Below are positions 1 through 9,165 of a stretch of DNA of 57,369 nucleotides, piece by piece. The translations under genes and the position numbers were made by a program. Below the pieces are notes generated by a model that worked only from the letters and a program-made list of their open reading frames with translations, made no database searches and was not told where the DNA came from. The stretch comes from an uncultured Spartobacteria bacterium (GTDB lineage Bacteria; Verrucomicrobiota; Verrucomicrobiia; Chthoniobacterales; UBA6821): contig CAIOJL010000004.1 in NCBI GenBank assembly GCA_903858595.1, positions 1 to 57,369 of the forward strand. Reading direction: 5' to 3'. Within the stretch, counting starts at the first letter, position 1, and every line of letters starts with the position of its first letter.

Positions 1-160
1 CAACTCCCCGGCAGACTCCACAGAATCTTCCAGCTTTTGAGTGTTCATCCGTTTGAGAAAGTTCCTATCCATGAGCTACTTACAGAAGAAGACCTCAAAT
101 CTTATATGCCTCACAAAAATAACCAGTTGATGCTGTGGGACTTATAACCGGACGCTTGTG
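1..160 (+). mobile_element. Right end of an IS4-family (DUF4372-type) insertion sequence: transposase C-terminus (1-147, partial) plus putative terminal inverted repeat
   Basis: Frame +1 is open from base 1 to TAA 145-147 and reads QLPGRLHRIFQLLSVHPFEKVPIHELLTEEDLKSYMPHKNNQLMLWDL, resembling the L.x.ILQILS...FEK.P...NQL.LF tail of IS4/DUF4372 transposases. It runs into TAACCGGACGCTTGTG (145-160), similar to the TAACCGGACxxxxGTG ends recalled for such elements. AT content rises sharply after 160. Confidence 0.7.
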
Positions 161-670
161 GAAAGATATGAAGAAAAACAAAAGGCGCGATTAGAGGCGT
201 GGTACAAAAGTTGGGAAAACAAGTTCTGCACTTCAGATCATGTTAAAGTGTATTGGCTGCTTACATTGTTGATACCGGAACCGTCAGAAATGTCTAGTGA
301 GTATAATTCTGTAGTAGCGCGAAATGAAAAACTTAAAAATAGTATAAAGAACGGAGAAGTCGACTTTGAGGCAGCTGATTTTGCTGATAAAATTAACATA
401 GCAACCCTTACAAGATTAGGGCGAACAAAAGATGCTCAATATATTGAGGGACTTAGGCAAGCTCGGATTAATAAAAGAAACGAACTAATTGAACGCCAAA
501 AGATAGTTAAAGCTGCTGAAGAAAGAGAGGCAGCTTTGAATCAACAAATCAATCTTCTAAATCAACGAGTAGCTCAGGCACAAGCGGAGGCTAGACAGGC
601 ACAAATGGATGCGGATGATAATCGAATAAAAGCTAGAAATATAGAAATTCAGAGAATTAATAGATATTAG
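158..670 (+). CDS. AT-rich hypothetical protein with C-terminal coiled coil, probably 5'-truncated by the IS
   Basis: 170-aa ORF whose GTG start is the last 3 nt of the putative IS end; E/Q/A/R-rich helical C-terminus; much lower GC than the rest of the window. Confidence 0.5.
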   Translation: MERYEEKQKARLEAWYKSWENKFCTSDHVKVYWLLTLLIPEPSEMSSEYNSVVARNEKLKNSIKNGEVDFEAADFADKINIATLTRLGRTKDAQYIEGLRQARINKRNELIERQKIVKAAEEREAALNQQINLLNQRVAQAQAEARQAQMDADDNRIKARNIEIQRINRY

Positions 671-774
671 ATGTTCGCAATATTATTCTGATAACATAAA
701 CTGCTTATAGGGTTATAAACTAGTATCTTTAACAGACTCTTTTCCTGCCTTCCTGAGTTCCAGATTAGTCCCTG

Positions 775-1959
775 TCAGTCATTCTTCTGGAGCCGCTTCC
801 GGGGCGTGTCCCCGAAGCGGTCATGGGCTTCGTGCAGGAAGTTTACCAACGAGGGGTATCCGGCCTTCCTGCCGATCTCTCCGATTGCGGCCTCGTCCAA
901 CTCCGCGGCATTGATGCCGGGAAACCAATGCCCTCCGTTCCCAAGCAGGTTGTAGCGAAGCTTTCCGTATGCCTGCATGTCGAATGCCCGGTCCAGCGCC
1001 CGGAGCCTTACGATCTCCTGAAGATTGATCCCCCCCGGCACCTCACCGAAGGGTGGGAGATCCCGATCCCAGCGCGCCGGCATGGGAGATGCGTTGGTAC
1101 GCAGAAACTCCTCCTCAATGCGCTCCGCCGTTTCGCGGACCCGATCCCAAGTGTCCTTGTGCTCCATGAGGGGAAGGATCTTCAGATGCTCGTCGAAATC
1201 CGAAGGTCGTGCGGCTCCGATGCTCAGCGTGTGGACCTCGGGATGCATCAGGCAGTAGAGGTCGTTGAAGACCATCGGTGAATAGGGGGAGCAGAGCGCG
1301 GTGAGCTTCTCCGTGGGTTGATGCATGCATCCCCCCTTCTCCGTGGGGCTGATGATGAAGACCCCCATGTCATGCCTGGTGGCCGCCTCGACGGCACTCC
1401 AGTTGGTCTGGTTCATGAAATACCAGTGGATGTTCACATAGTCGAAGGCATCGCTGGCGATGATCTCCTCGATGAGATCGCAAGGTGCGTGGGTGGAGAA
1501 TCCAAGGAATCTCGCCTTCCCCTCCCTGATGATCTGCTGTGCAGCCTCAAGAGCGCCGGCCGGTCCCACCGTTTTCTCCCAGCACTCCCTGTCGTTGATG
1601 CCGTGAATCGAGAGAAGATCAACATGTCGAAGTTGGAGGTTGGCCATCGACTGGTCAAACGTCTCGCGGAACTCGGCAGCTGAGGATGGCCCTACCTTGG
1701 TCTGCACGATCATCTCCTCGCGTGGAAATAGGGGTAGAATCTTTCCGAGCTGAACCTCCGACGTTCCATAGCCTCGGGCTGTCTCTATATGATTGATCCC
1801 TGAATCAAGCGATTTACGGATGCAGGCCTCAAGATTGGCCTGCCCATCGGGTGTTATTCCCCCGGCATCCTTGTCGTTCCAACTGTGCTGATAGCGCATC
1901 CCTCCGCAGGATAAGACTGGCATCTCAAGACCTGTTCTCCCAAAGCGACGGGTTATCAT
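775..1959 (-). CDS. Aldo/keto reductase family oxidoreductase
   Basis: RRFGRTGLEMPVLSCGGMR N-terminus, GINHIETARGYGTSE, IVQTKV, DLLSIHG and LGFSTH motifs of the AKR fold. Confidence 0.88.
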   Translation of the reverse strand: MITRRFGRTGLEMPVLSCGGMRYQHSWNDKDAGGITPDGQANLEACIRKSLDSGINHIETARGYGTSEVQLGKILPLFPREEMIVQTKVGPSSAAEFRETFDQSMANLQLRHVDLLSIHGINDRECWEKTVGPAGALEAAQQIIREGKARFLGFSTHAPCDLIEEIIASDAFDYVNIHWYFMNQTNWSAVEAATRHDMGVFIISPTEKGGCMHQPTEKLTALCSPYSPMVFNDLYCLMHPEVHTLSIGAARPSDFDEHLKILPLMEHKDTWDRVRETAERIEEEFLRTNASPMPARWDRDLPPFGEVPGGINLQEIVRLRALDRAFDMQAYGKLRYNLLGNGGHWFPGINAAELDEAAIGEIGRKAGYPSLVNFLHEAHDRFGDTPRKRLQKND

Positions 1960-2064
1960 TTTGTTTAAGAAAGAGTTTGGTTAACTAAAAACCAATTTCC
2001 AGAAGAATGGAGGATGTCTTCAAGGCCATCATATCACTGGGCCAGACTACCCAGGCGGGCGGGA

Positions 2065-3198
2065 TTAAGGAGCGATGGTCTCCACATAGGCGAACTTGCC
2101 GTTCTTCACCTGAAGCATCACGGCCGACTTGGTGGGATTGCGGTGCTCATCCAGCGTGATCTTGCCCGTTATTCCAGGAAAATCCTTCGTGGCAGCGATC
2201 GCTGCATTCACCTTATCTGGATCGGTTGTTCCAGCCCGCTTCATCGCATCAGCAAGGAGTTTCAACGAGTCATATCCGAGGGCCACCATGGCATCGGGAT
2301 CCTCATGGTATTTCTTGCGGTAGGCATCCACGAAAGCCACAACCTGCGGATCGGTGCTCTGGTTGGAAAAGTGATTGGAAAAATAGCACCCCTCGACCGC
2401 GGATCCCCCGACACTGATCAGTTCGGTGGAGTCCCAACCATCCCCACCGATGAAGGGAGCTGTGATGCCGAGTTGACGGGCCTGACGAATAATCAGGGGA
2501 GCCTCCGTGTAATAGGCTGGAAGGAAGACCACATCGGGGTTAGCTGACTTGATGGCCGTCAACTGGGCGCTGAAATCCTTGTCGCCACCGCTGTAGCTTT
2601 GCTCCCCGGTGATGACGCCCCCATTCTTGAGAAATTCGGCCTTGAAGCTCTTGGCCAAGCCGAGACTGTAATCCTTGGAGACGTCGGTGATGATGGCTGC
2701 CTTTTGGGCCGCAAGCTTGCCGGCAAACTTCGCACAGACTGTCCCCTGGAACGGATCGATGAAGCAGACCCGGAAGATGTGATCGCCGGTCTCTGTGACT
2801 TTTTCATTCGTCGAGGCGGGCGAGATCATCGGTATCCCACTGCGCTGGGCGATCGGAGCGGCTTCCAGTGAACGACCCGAGGCGACCTCTCCGATCAGGG
2901 CAACCACCTTGTCACGAGTGATCAGTTCACGGACAACCGTGGATGTCTCTCCGGGCTTGGACTGGTTGTCCTTGGTGATCATCCGGATCGGTTGACCCAG
3001 GACACCACCGGAGCCATTAATCTCCTCAAGGGCAAGCTGAACGCCCTTGTCGGTGCTCTGACCGAATGTGGCCTGCCCGCCGGTCAGTGAAGCGAACTGT
3101 CCGACGGGAATTCCGGATTCCTGCTTCTTGGAGCATGAGGAGCCGGAAAGGCTCAAAGTTGCTAGGAGGAGAGTGCTGGAGAGTTTAAGGAACTTCAT
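2065..3198 (-). CDS. Branched-chain amino acid ABC transporter substrate-binding lipoprotein (LivJ/LivK-like)
   Basis: Lipoprotein signal (LSGSSC), SLTGGQATFG, ISPASTN, FRVCFIDPFQG, GGDGWD, GITGKITLD. ATG 3198 preferred over the upstream GTG 3222. Confidence 0.88.
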   Translation of the reverse strand: MKFLKLSSTLLLATLSLSGSSCSKKQESGIPVGQFASLTGGQATFGQSTDKGVQLALEEINGSGGVLGQPIRMITKDNQSKPGETSTVVRELITRDKVVALIGEVASGRSLEAAPIAQRSGIPMISPASTNEKVTETGDHIFRVCFIDPFQGTVCAKFAGKLAAQKAAIITDVSKDYSLGLAKSFKAEFLKNGGVITGEQSYSGGDKDFSAQLTAIKSANPDVVFLPAYYTEAPLIIRQARQLGITAPFIGGDGWDSTELISVGGSAVEGCYFSNHFSNQSTDPQVVAFVDAYRKKYHEDPDAMVALGYDSLKLLADAMKRAGTTDPDKVNAAIAATKDFPGITGKITLDEHRNPTKSAVMLQVKNGKFAYVETIAP

Positions 3199-3275
3199 AA
3201 CTCGGAGTGTAGGCAGACCCACCGGAAAAAAGCAGCCTATTGTTTCCAGTGCACTGTTGAGGCAATTCAGGCAAT

Positions 3276-4268
3276 TCAGGCCATGTGGTCAAGCATCTCT
3301 AGGGAGACTCCGTGAAGAAGAGGCTTGCCCGCCAGGTATCGATCGAACTCCTCCAGCATCCATGCTCCCATGCGAGCGACCTCTCCGCCCACACTCCCGG
3401 CGATGTGAGGGGTGAGAACGACATTTCCCAACGCATGAAGGGGGGAATCGGTGCTCGGCGGCTCGGGATACGTGACGTCCAGAATAGCGGTCAGATCGGG
3501 TCGGTCACGGAGCACGACGCAGATTTCGGCTTCGTTGACAATCGCGCCTCGCGATGTGTTGATGAGGCAGGCACCGGGTTTCATCATAACGACCAGTCCC
3601 CCGCCGATCAGATTTTCGGTTTCCGGAAGCCACGGAGTATGCAGGCTCACCACATCGCATCGTTCAAAGAGTTCCTCCAGGGAGACAAGGGAGACTCCGA
3701 GTTCCGCGGCCTGCTCCGATTTGACATAGGGATCGTAAACCAACACATCCAGATCAAATCGCGCCAAAAGCGCGGCAACCCGTTTGCCGATGGCACCCAG
3801 CGAGACTAGTCCCACCTTGGAACGGTAGGCGCCTGGAATCGGCGAGGAGATGACGTCGAAGGTGCCGGCCTTCATCTGGCGTGATGAGCTCCAGAACCCT
3901 TTCAGGCCAAGGAGAATTGTCCCAAGGGTATATTCGGAAACGGGGATGGCATTGGCCTCCCAGGCACTTGAGATGAGAATGCCGCGTTCGTAGGAGTGAG
4001 GTGTGGCAAAACATTTCACCGATCCTGCGGCGTAAAAAACAGCGCGTAATCGTGGCGCAGCTTCAAGGAAGGCCTGGTCAAGGACGGGCATTCCCCATGA
4101 GGAGAAGATGAGATCGGCCTCGGCAAGCAAGGGTAAGCGTTCTTTCCACTCCTCTCCTTCCAAGGATTCTGGAATCAGGGTGACGCGTTTTTCAATCTCC
4201 CGTCGAAGTTCTTCAGGATAAGCACACGGGAGGTTCCCTCTCATCCCTACAAAGATAGCTTTCAGCAT
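3276..4268 (-). CDS. D-isomer-specific 2-hydroxyacid dehydrogenase
   Basis: VGLVSLGAIG NAD-binding motif, SLHTP, LINTSRG, LDVTYPEP, LTPHIAG. Confidence 0.88.
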   Translation of the reverse strand: MLKAIFVGMRGNLPCAYPEELRREIEKRVTLIPESLEGEEWKERLPLLAEADLIFSSWGMPVLDQAFLEAAPRLRAVFYAAGSVKCFATPHSYERGILISSAWEANAIPVSEYTLGTILLGLKGFWSSSRQMKAGTFDVISSPIPGAYRSKVGLVSLGAIGKRVAALLARFDLDVLVYDPYVKSEQAAELGVSLVSLEELFERCDVVSLHTPWLPETENLIGGGLVVMMKPGACLINTSRGAIVNEAEICVVLRDRPDLTAILDVTYPEPPSTDSPLHALGNVVLTPHIAGSVGGEVARMGAWMLEEFDRYLAGKPLLHGVSLEMLDHMA

Positions 4269-4440
4269 TCCGACTTCTTAACGGACTGCCTGAAGCGAAG
4301 CGAGTCTCTCATGATACCTTAACCAAAAAAACATCCTCCTCGGAACAATTTCATTGCCGAAGTAATTCTAGCGGCAGGCCGTAAAAGATCCGGTGTGGCA
4401 AAGACAGCCGAGCACTTGGTGCCGCGAACTTTTGATAAAA

Positions 4441-4532
4441 TGGCGGAAGGGGAGGGATTCGAACCCTCGGTGGGAATAACCCCACGTTCGATTTCGAGTC
4501 GAGTGCCTTAAACCGGACTCAGCCACCCTTCC
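4441..4532 (-). tRNA. tRNA-Ser (anticodon CGA), CCA encoded
   Basis: Reverse complement GGAAGGGTGGCTGAGTCCGGTTTAAGGCACTCGACTCGAAATCGAACGTGGGGTTATTCCCACCGAGGGTTCGAATCCCTCCCCTTCCGCCA shows the acceptor stem, anticodon loop CT-CGA-AA, long variable arm and GGTTCGAATCC T-arm. Confidence 0.95.
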
Positions 4533-4549
4533 TAAAAACTGGGATCGCA

Positions 4550-4577
4550 ACCATACCCCTATGATCAAGGAGGTCAA
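4550..4577 (-). promoter_or_regulatory. Putative sigma70 promoter of tRNA-Ser
   Basis: Minus strand TTGACC-16 bp-TATGGT just upstream of the tRNA. Confidence 0.45.
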
Positions 4578-4602
4578 GACCTCCCCTTCCCTTGAAGGAA
4601 GA

Positions 4603-4995
4603 TTACCTAGACCAATCCAAAGCGCCCTTTTTGATGGCGTAAATATAGCCAACAAACAGAATCACCGAGAAGATTACAAGGGTCCAAAGGATGCCTATGC
4701 CATACTGCATCAGATACTCCCGGTAAACCACGGACCAAGGATACAGAAAGACGATTTCGATATCGAACAAGATGAACAACATCGCCACCAGGTAGAATTT
4801 GACACTGAAGCGTGGCTGAGGGCCCGGTTCAGGAAGCATTCCACACTCATAGGCAACATCCTTGACTCCTGTGCGTGTGCCGATCCGTCCGAGCAGAGTA
4901 CTGGCAATCCACATTGTTAGCGCCAGACCGACACAAACCACAATGTGAATGAGGAGGGATCCATAGCCGCTTAAGCTTCCTAGGGTGCCGTCCAT
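4603..4995 (-). CDS. nuoA: NADH-quinone oxidoreductase subunit A
   Basis: Three TM segments; YECG, RFSVKFYLVAMLFILFDIE, LYPW, KKGALDW. Confidence 0.93.
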   Translation of the reverse strand: MDGTLGSLSGYGSLLIHIVVCVGLALTMWIASTLLGRIGTRTGVKDVAYECGMLPEPGPQPRFSVKFYLVAMLFILFDIEIVFLYPWSVVYREYLMQYGIGILWTLVIFSVILFVGYIYAIKKGALDWSR

Positions 4996-5007
4996 GATCG
5001 GATGCCG

Positions 5008-5598
5008 TTACTTGCGCTTAACGGGAGCCTTCTTCACCGGAACTTTCTGAATCGGCTTTTTGACAACCGCGGCTTTCTTAGGCGCTGGCTTAACCGAAGA
5101 CATCGAGGCCTTCACGGGAGACTTCTTCAAAGGTGACTTGGCTGGAGCCTTCTTGGCAACAGGATTGGAAGCTACCTTCGAGGACAACTTTGAAGTTTTA
5201 GCAGCAGGCTTTACAGGAGATTTAGCCGCGGGTGTTGGTGCAAGCTTTTTGAGTGATTGAACAGGAACGGGCGTTATGGAGACGATGCCTGGAACCTGGG
5301 GCGCCGGGAGAGGTTCCTCCGGAGCGATGGCATGGGCCAAAGAGACAAGCCCTTTGTACTTTTTGCCGCTTTTCTTCACCATGTTGCGGGAAACAAGGTG
5401 CTGAAGCTTCTCGTAAGCTCGGAGACGAAGCATTTCCTCTCCACCGCTAGCGGCATTACGCTTCTTCAGACGGTCATGGACGACATCGAAGAGTTGCTTG
5501 AACTCAAAGGAAGCTCCCTTCTTGGAAAGAACTGCTACCAGCTCTTCAGTGACCAGATCGGGGAGTCTGCGGGAGAAGGCACTTTTACGTTGCATCAT
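5008..5598 (-). CDS. Putative DNA-binding protein: basic helical N-domain plus histone H1-like K/A/P-rich tail
   Basis: About 85-aa globular region followed by PAAKSPVKPAAK...KKAPAKSPLKKSPVK...KKAPVKRK. Confidence 0.7.
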   Translation of the reverse strand: MMQRKSAFSRRLPDLVTEELVAVLSKKGASFEFKQLFDVVHDRLKKRNAASGGEEMLRLRAYEKLQHLVSRNMVKKSGKKYKGLVSLAHAIAPEEPLPAPQVPGIVSITPVPVQSLKKLAPTPAAKSPVKPAAKTSKLSSKVASNPVAKKAPAKSPLKKSPVKASMSSVKPAPKKAAVVKKPIQKVPVKKAPVKRK

Positions 5599-5729
5599 AT
5601 TTAAAAAATAAACATATCACTTGATCTCGTGGTCTGTCACTAAAAAAGCATTGCCGTGTATATCGCACCGTTTTGCATGGGCACAATGAGGAAATGTTAT
5701 TTATCCTAAAATTTCCCATCATGGACGCA

Positions 5730-5758
5730 TTGACTTAGGTTTTTTAGATTCATAACGT
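5730..5758 (+). promoter_or_regulatory. Putative sigma70 promoter of the phosphatase-glyA gene
   Basis: TTGACT-17 bp-TAACGT in an AT-rich divergent intergenic region. Confidence 0.4.
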
Positions 5759-5812
5759 GAAGACAATGTTGAGGTTCCTCCCCATCCTTTTCCAACGGAC
5801 AAAAAGTCTTTT

Positions 5813-7537
5813 ATGAAAACCATTCTCTTCGTATGCACGGGCAATGTCTGCCGAAGCCCTATGGCAGAGGGTCTCATGAAGGATCTTCTCACAGACCGGC
5901 TGGATATCATTATCCTCTCCGCGGGCATGAATGCACCACAAGGTGCCCAGGCCAGCCAACCCGCCGTCACTGCTCTCTCGGAACTGGGAATCGATCTGCG
6001 CTCCTTCAGGAGTCAAGCGGTTACCGAGGAGTTGCTAGAACGCTGCACCCATGTTTTCACCATGACACGGGATCACTATCGCCTAATCGACCTCCTATTT
6101 CCGGAACACTCCGGGAAGGTCCGCCTGCTGGGTGAATTCACCCGGAATGGCGGCGATGTGCCCGATCCCATTGGACAAGGACTCACTACTTACAAGCGCT
6201 GCCGTGATGTCATCAAAAGCGCGCTGGTACAAATCCGCGATTTTGTGGATCAATCTCCCTTCACCATGTCACAAGCAACTGACTCTCACCTCTCACACAA
6301 CAACTCCAGTGCCCTCGCGACGATCGATCCCGAGATCGCCGCAGCTATCACGGCCGAACATCATCGCCAGTTCGAACACATCGAACTCATCGCCTCGGAG
6401 AACTTCACCAGTCAAGCCGTCATGGAAGCCCAGGGCTCTTGCCTGACCAACAAGTACGCCGAGGGCTATCCCGGACGCCGCTGGTATGGGGGATGCGAGC
6501 ATGTCGATGTGGTTGAAACCCTCGCCATCGAGCGCTCGAAGAAGCTTTTTGGTGCCGAGCATGCCAACGTTCAGCCCCACAGTGGAAGCCAGGCCAACAT
6601 GGCCGTCTACTTCAGTGTGCTCCAGCCAGGTGATAAAATCCTCACCATGGACCTGGCCCATGGCGGTCACCTCACCCACGGACACAAGGCCAACTTTTCA
6701 GGCAAGCTCTACAACGTGACCCACTACGGGGTCTCTAAGGTTGATGGCCGCATCGATTATGATGCCCTCGCCAAGCAGTCCGAGGAGGTTCGCCCGAAAA
6801 TGATCACTGCCGGTGCCTCCGCTTACCCTCGCGAGATCAACTTTGCTCGTCTCCGCCAGATCGCTGATGCGGTTGGAGCCTATCTCTTCGTCGACATGGC
6901 CCATATTGCCGGACTTGTTGCCGGAGGGGTCCATCCCAATCCGGCCCCCCTGGCCGACTTCGTCACAACGACAACTCACAAGAGCCTCCGAGGCCCCCGC
7001 TCCGGCCTTATTCTCTGCAAGGAGCAGTATGCGAAGAAGATCGACGGGCAGGTATTTCCCGGCGTTCAGGGCGGTCCTCTCATGCAGGTCGTCGCGGCCA
7101 AGGCCGTCTGCTTCCACGAGGCGCTCCAACCTTCCTTCAAGGAGTATGCAAAGCAGATCGTCCTGAATGCCAAGGCACTCGCAGCACGCCTCTCGGTGCT
7201 CGGCTACACGATCAGCTCGGGAGGCACGGATAATCATGTCCTTCTGGTCGATCTCCGATCAAAGGGGATTAACGGACTCGAGGCTCAGCAGGCACTTGAT
7301 CAAGCGGCCATCACCGTCAACAAGAACGCCATTCCCTTCGATACCGAACCGATCAGTAAGACCGGCGGCATCCGCCTCGGCACTCCGGCCATGACCACTC
7401 GTGGACTCAAGGAGGAAGAGATGATGCAGGTTGCAGACTTCATCGATACAGGCCTCAAGGCTCGGAACGATGAATCTGCCCTTGCCAAACTCCGAAAGGA
7501 AGTCACGGCTTTCACAGCACGTTTCCCGCTCCCTTAA
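5813..7537 (+). CDS. glyA: Fusion: low-molecular-weight protein phosphatase + serine hydroxymethyltransferase
   Basis: N-terminal [16 protein letters not shown] and DVPDPIG (LMW phosphatase); from about aa 168 [45 protein letters not shown] (SHMT). One uninterrupted frame. Confidence 0.93.
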   Translation: MKTILFVCTGNVCRSPMAEGLMKDLLTDRLDIIILSAGMNAPQGAQASQPAVTALSELGIDLRSFRSQAVTEELLERCTHVFTMTRDHYRLIDLLFPEHSGKVRLLGEFTRNGGDVPDPIGQGLTTYKRCRDVIKSALVQIRDFVDQSPFTMSQATDSHLSHNNSSALATIDPEIAAAITAEHHRQFEHIELIASENFTSQAVMEAQGSCLTNKYAEGYPGRRWYGGCEHVDVVETLAIERSKKLFGAEHANVQPHSGSQANMAVYFSVLQPGDKILTMDLAHGGHLTHGHKANFSGKLYNVTHYGVSKVDGRIDYDALAKQSEEVRPKMITAGASAYPREINFARLRQIADAVGAYLFVDMAHIAGLVAGGVHPNPAPLADFVTTTTHKSLRGPRSGLILCKEQYAKKIDGQVFPGVQGGPLMQVVAAKAVCFHEALQPSFKEYAKQIVLNAKALAARLSVLGYTISSGGTDNHVLLVDLRSKGINGLEAQQALDQAAITVNKNAIPFDTEPISKTGGIRLGTPAMTTRGLKEEEMMQVADFIDTGLKARNDESALAKLRKEVTAFTARFPLP

Positions 7538-7635
7538 ATAAGTGGAAAGTTGGGAGTTGAAGTTAAAGTAATACCAAAATTCTCCAGCTTCATAGCTCTC
7601 CTGCCGTCTGCCCTTCAGCCTTCAGCCTTTTTCAA

Positions 7636-9165
7636 ATGCCTTCTCCAATAGTCAATCCTCTCCGTGAGGGGATCGCCAGCCGCCTCACACCCGAGCCCTG
7701 CACGCTTGTCATCTTCGGGGCGACCGGTGACCTCACCCACCGCAAGCTCATCCCGGCGCTCTATAATCTGGCCGCCGAAGGAGCGCTGCCTCCTGCCCTC
7801 ACGATCATCGGGTTTGCCCGAAGGGAAAAGACCTCCGAGCAGTTCCGCAAGGAGCTGGAGGAATCGACGCGCAAGTTCTCCCGCACCCCTCTCAATGAGG
7901 AACTCTGGGCGCAGTTCGCTTCCTCGATCATCTACCATCAGAGCCCCTTTGATCAGGCCGAGGGTTACACGACGCTCGCGTCACAGATGGATGAGGCAGA
8001 TCGCAACTGCGGCACAGGCGGCAACCGCCTCTACTACCTGGCCGTGGCACCCGACCAGTTCCCAGTCATTTTGAGCCACCTGCGTGAGAGCGGATTCAGC
8101 ACTGCCACCCAAGGAAGCTGGGCCCGCGTGATCGTGGAGAAGCCCTTCGGCAAGGATCTCAAAAGCGCACAGCTTCTCAACACCCTTGTCAGCGAAGTCT
8201 TCCCAGAGTGCGACACCTACCGCATTGACCATTATCTGGGCAAGGAAACCGCCCAGAACATCATGGTGATGCGCTTTGCAAATTCGATCTTCGAATCGCT
8301 TTGGGATTCCAATCACATCAGCCACGTTCAGATCACTGCGGTCGAACCGCTCGGCGTCGAGGGACGCGCCGGTTACTACGACACCTCGGGGGCCATGCGT
8401 GACATGATCCAGAATCATCTGCTCCAGCTCCTCACCCTCACGGCCATGGAGCCTCCTACCAGCCTGAGTGCCGACGCGATCCGTGATGAAAAGGTGAAGG
8501 TCTTGCGATCCCTCCGCCCCCTCCGTGGTGATGATGTCTTCAAGCATGTCGTCCGAGCCCAATACACCGCCGGTTTAATCGACGGCCAACCCGTCTCAGG
8601 CTATCGCGAGGCCGACGGGGTTCCCAAAGATTCGACGACCGAGACCTTCGTGGCCCTTCAGGTAAACATCGACAACTGGCGCTGGGCGGGAGTCCCCTTC
8701 TTCATCCGTACCGCCAAGCGTATGCCCAAGGGCGGCACGGAGATCGCCATCACTTTCAAGAGCGTCCCGCCCGTCCTCTTCAACCGGAACGGCGAAGGCC
8801 TCGACGAGAACGTCCTCGTCATCCGCATCCAGCCCGACGAGGGAATCTCCCTCCGCATGAGCGCGAAGATGCCCGGCTCCAGCCTGCGTATTGAGCCGGT
8901 GAAGATGGATTTCCATTACGGAACCTCCTTCGGCAAAGCAACTCCCGAGGCCTACGAGCGCCTTCTACTCGACGCGATGTCGGGCGACGCCACCCTCTTC
9001 GCGCGACGGGACGAAGTGGAGGAAGCTTGGGCCTTTGTCGACGGGATCGAAGAAGCCTGGAAGACCCGTTCCGATGATCTTGCCTTCCACACGGCCGGCT
9101 CCTGGGGACCAGCAGAGGCGGCCGACCTGGCAGCACGTCACGGTGTCACCTGGAGGAGAATGTGA
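7636..9165 (+). CDS. zwf: Glucose-6-phosphate 1-dehydrogenase
   Basis: IFGATGDL, VEKPFG, YRIDHYLGKE, RDMIQNHLLQ, YERLL. Confidence 0.97.
   Translation: MPSPIVNPLREGIASRLTPEPCTLVIFGATGDLTHRKLIPALYNLAAEGALPPALTIIGFARREKTSEQFRKELEESTRKFSRTPLNEELWAQFASSIIYHQSPFDQAEGYTTLASQMDEADRNCGTGGNRLYYLAVAPDQFPVILSHLRESGFSTATQGSWARVIVEKPFGKDLKSAQLLNTLVSEVFPECDTYRIDHYLGKETAQNIMVMRFANSIFESLWDSNHISHVQITAVEPLGVEGRAGYYDTSGAMRDMIQNHLLQLLTLTAMEPPTSLSADAIRDEKVKVLRSLRPLRGDDVFKHVVRAQYTAGLIDGQPVSGYREADGVPKDSTTETFVALQVNIDNWRWAGVPFFIRTAKRMPKGGTEIAITFKSVPPVLFNRNGEGLDENVLVIRIQPDEGISLRMSAKMPGSSLRIEPVKMDFHYGTSFGKATPEAYERLLLDAMSGDATLFARRDEVEEAWAFVDGIEEAWKTRSDDLAFHTAGSWGPAEAADLAARHGVTWRRM

Noticed and set aside
2192-2205. HIP1-like GCGATCGC palindromes
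   Set aside because: Only a handful noticed in a GC-rich 57 kb window; enrichment cannot be shown without counting.
4330-4532. tRNA-Ser as an island integration site
   Set aside because: No integrase and no duplicate of the tRNA 3' end seen in the window.
5600-5812. Glycine, ZTP or THF riboswitch upstream of glyA
   Set aside because: Short AT-rich promoter-like region with no recognisable aptamer consensus.
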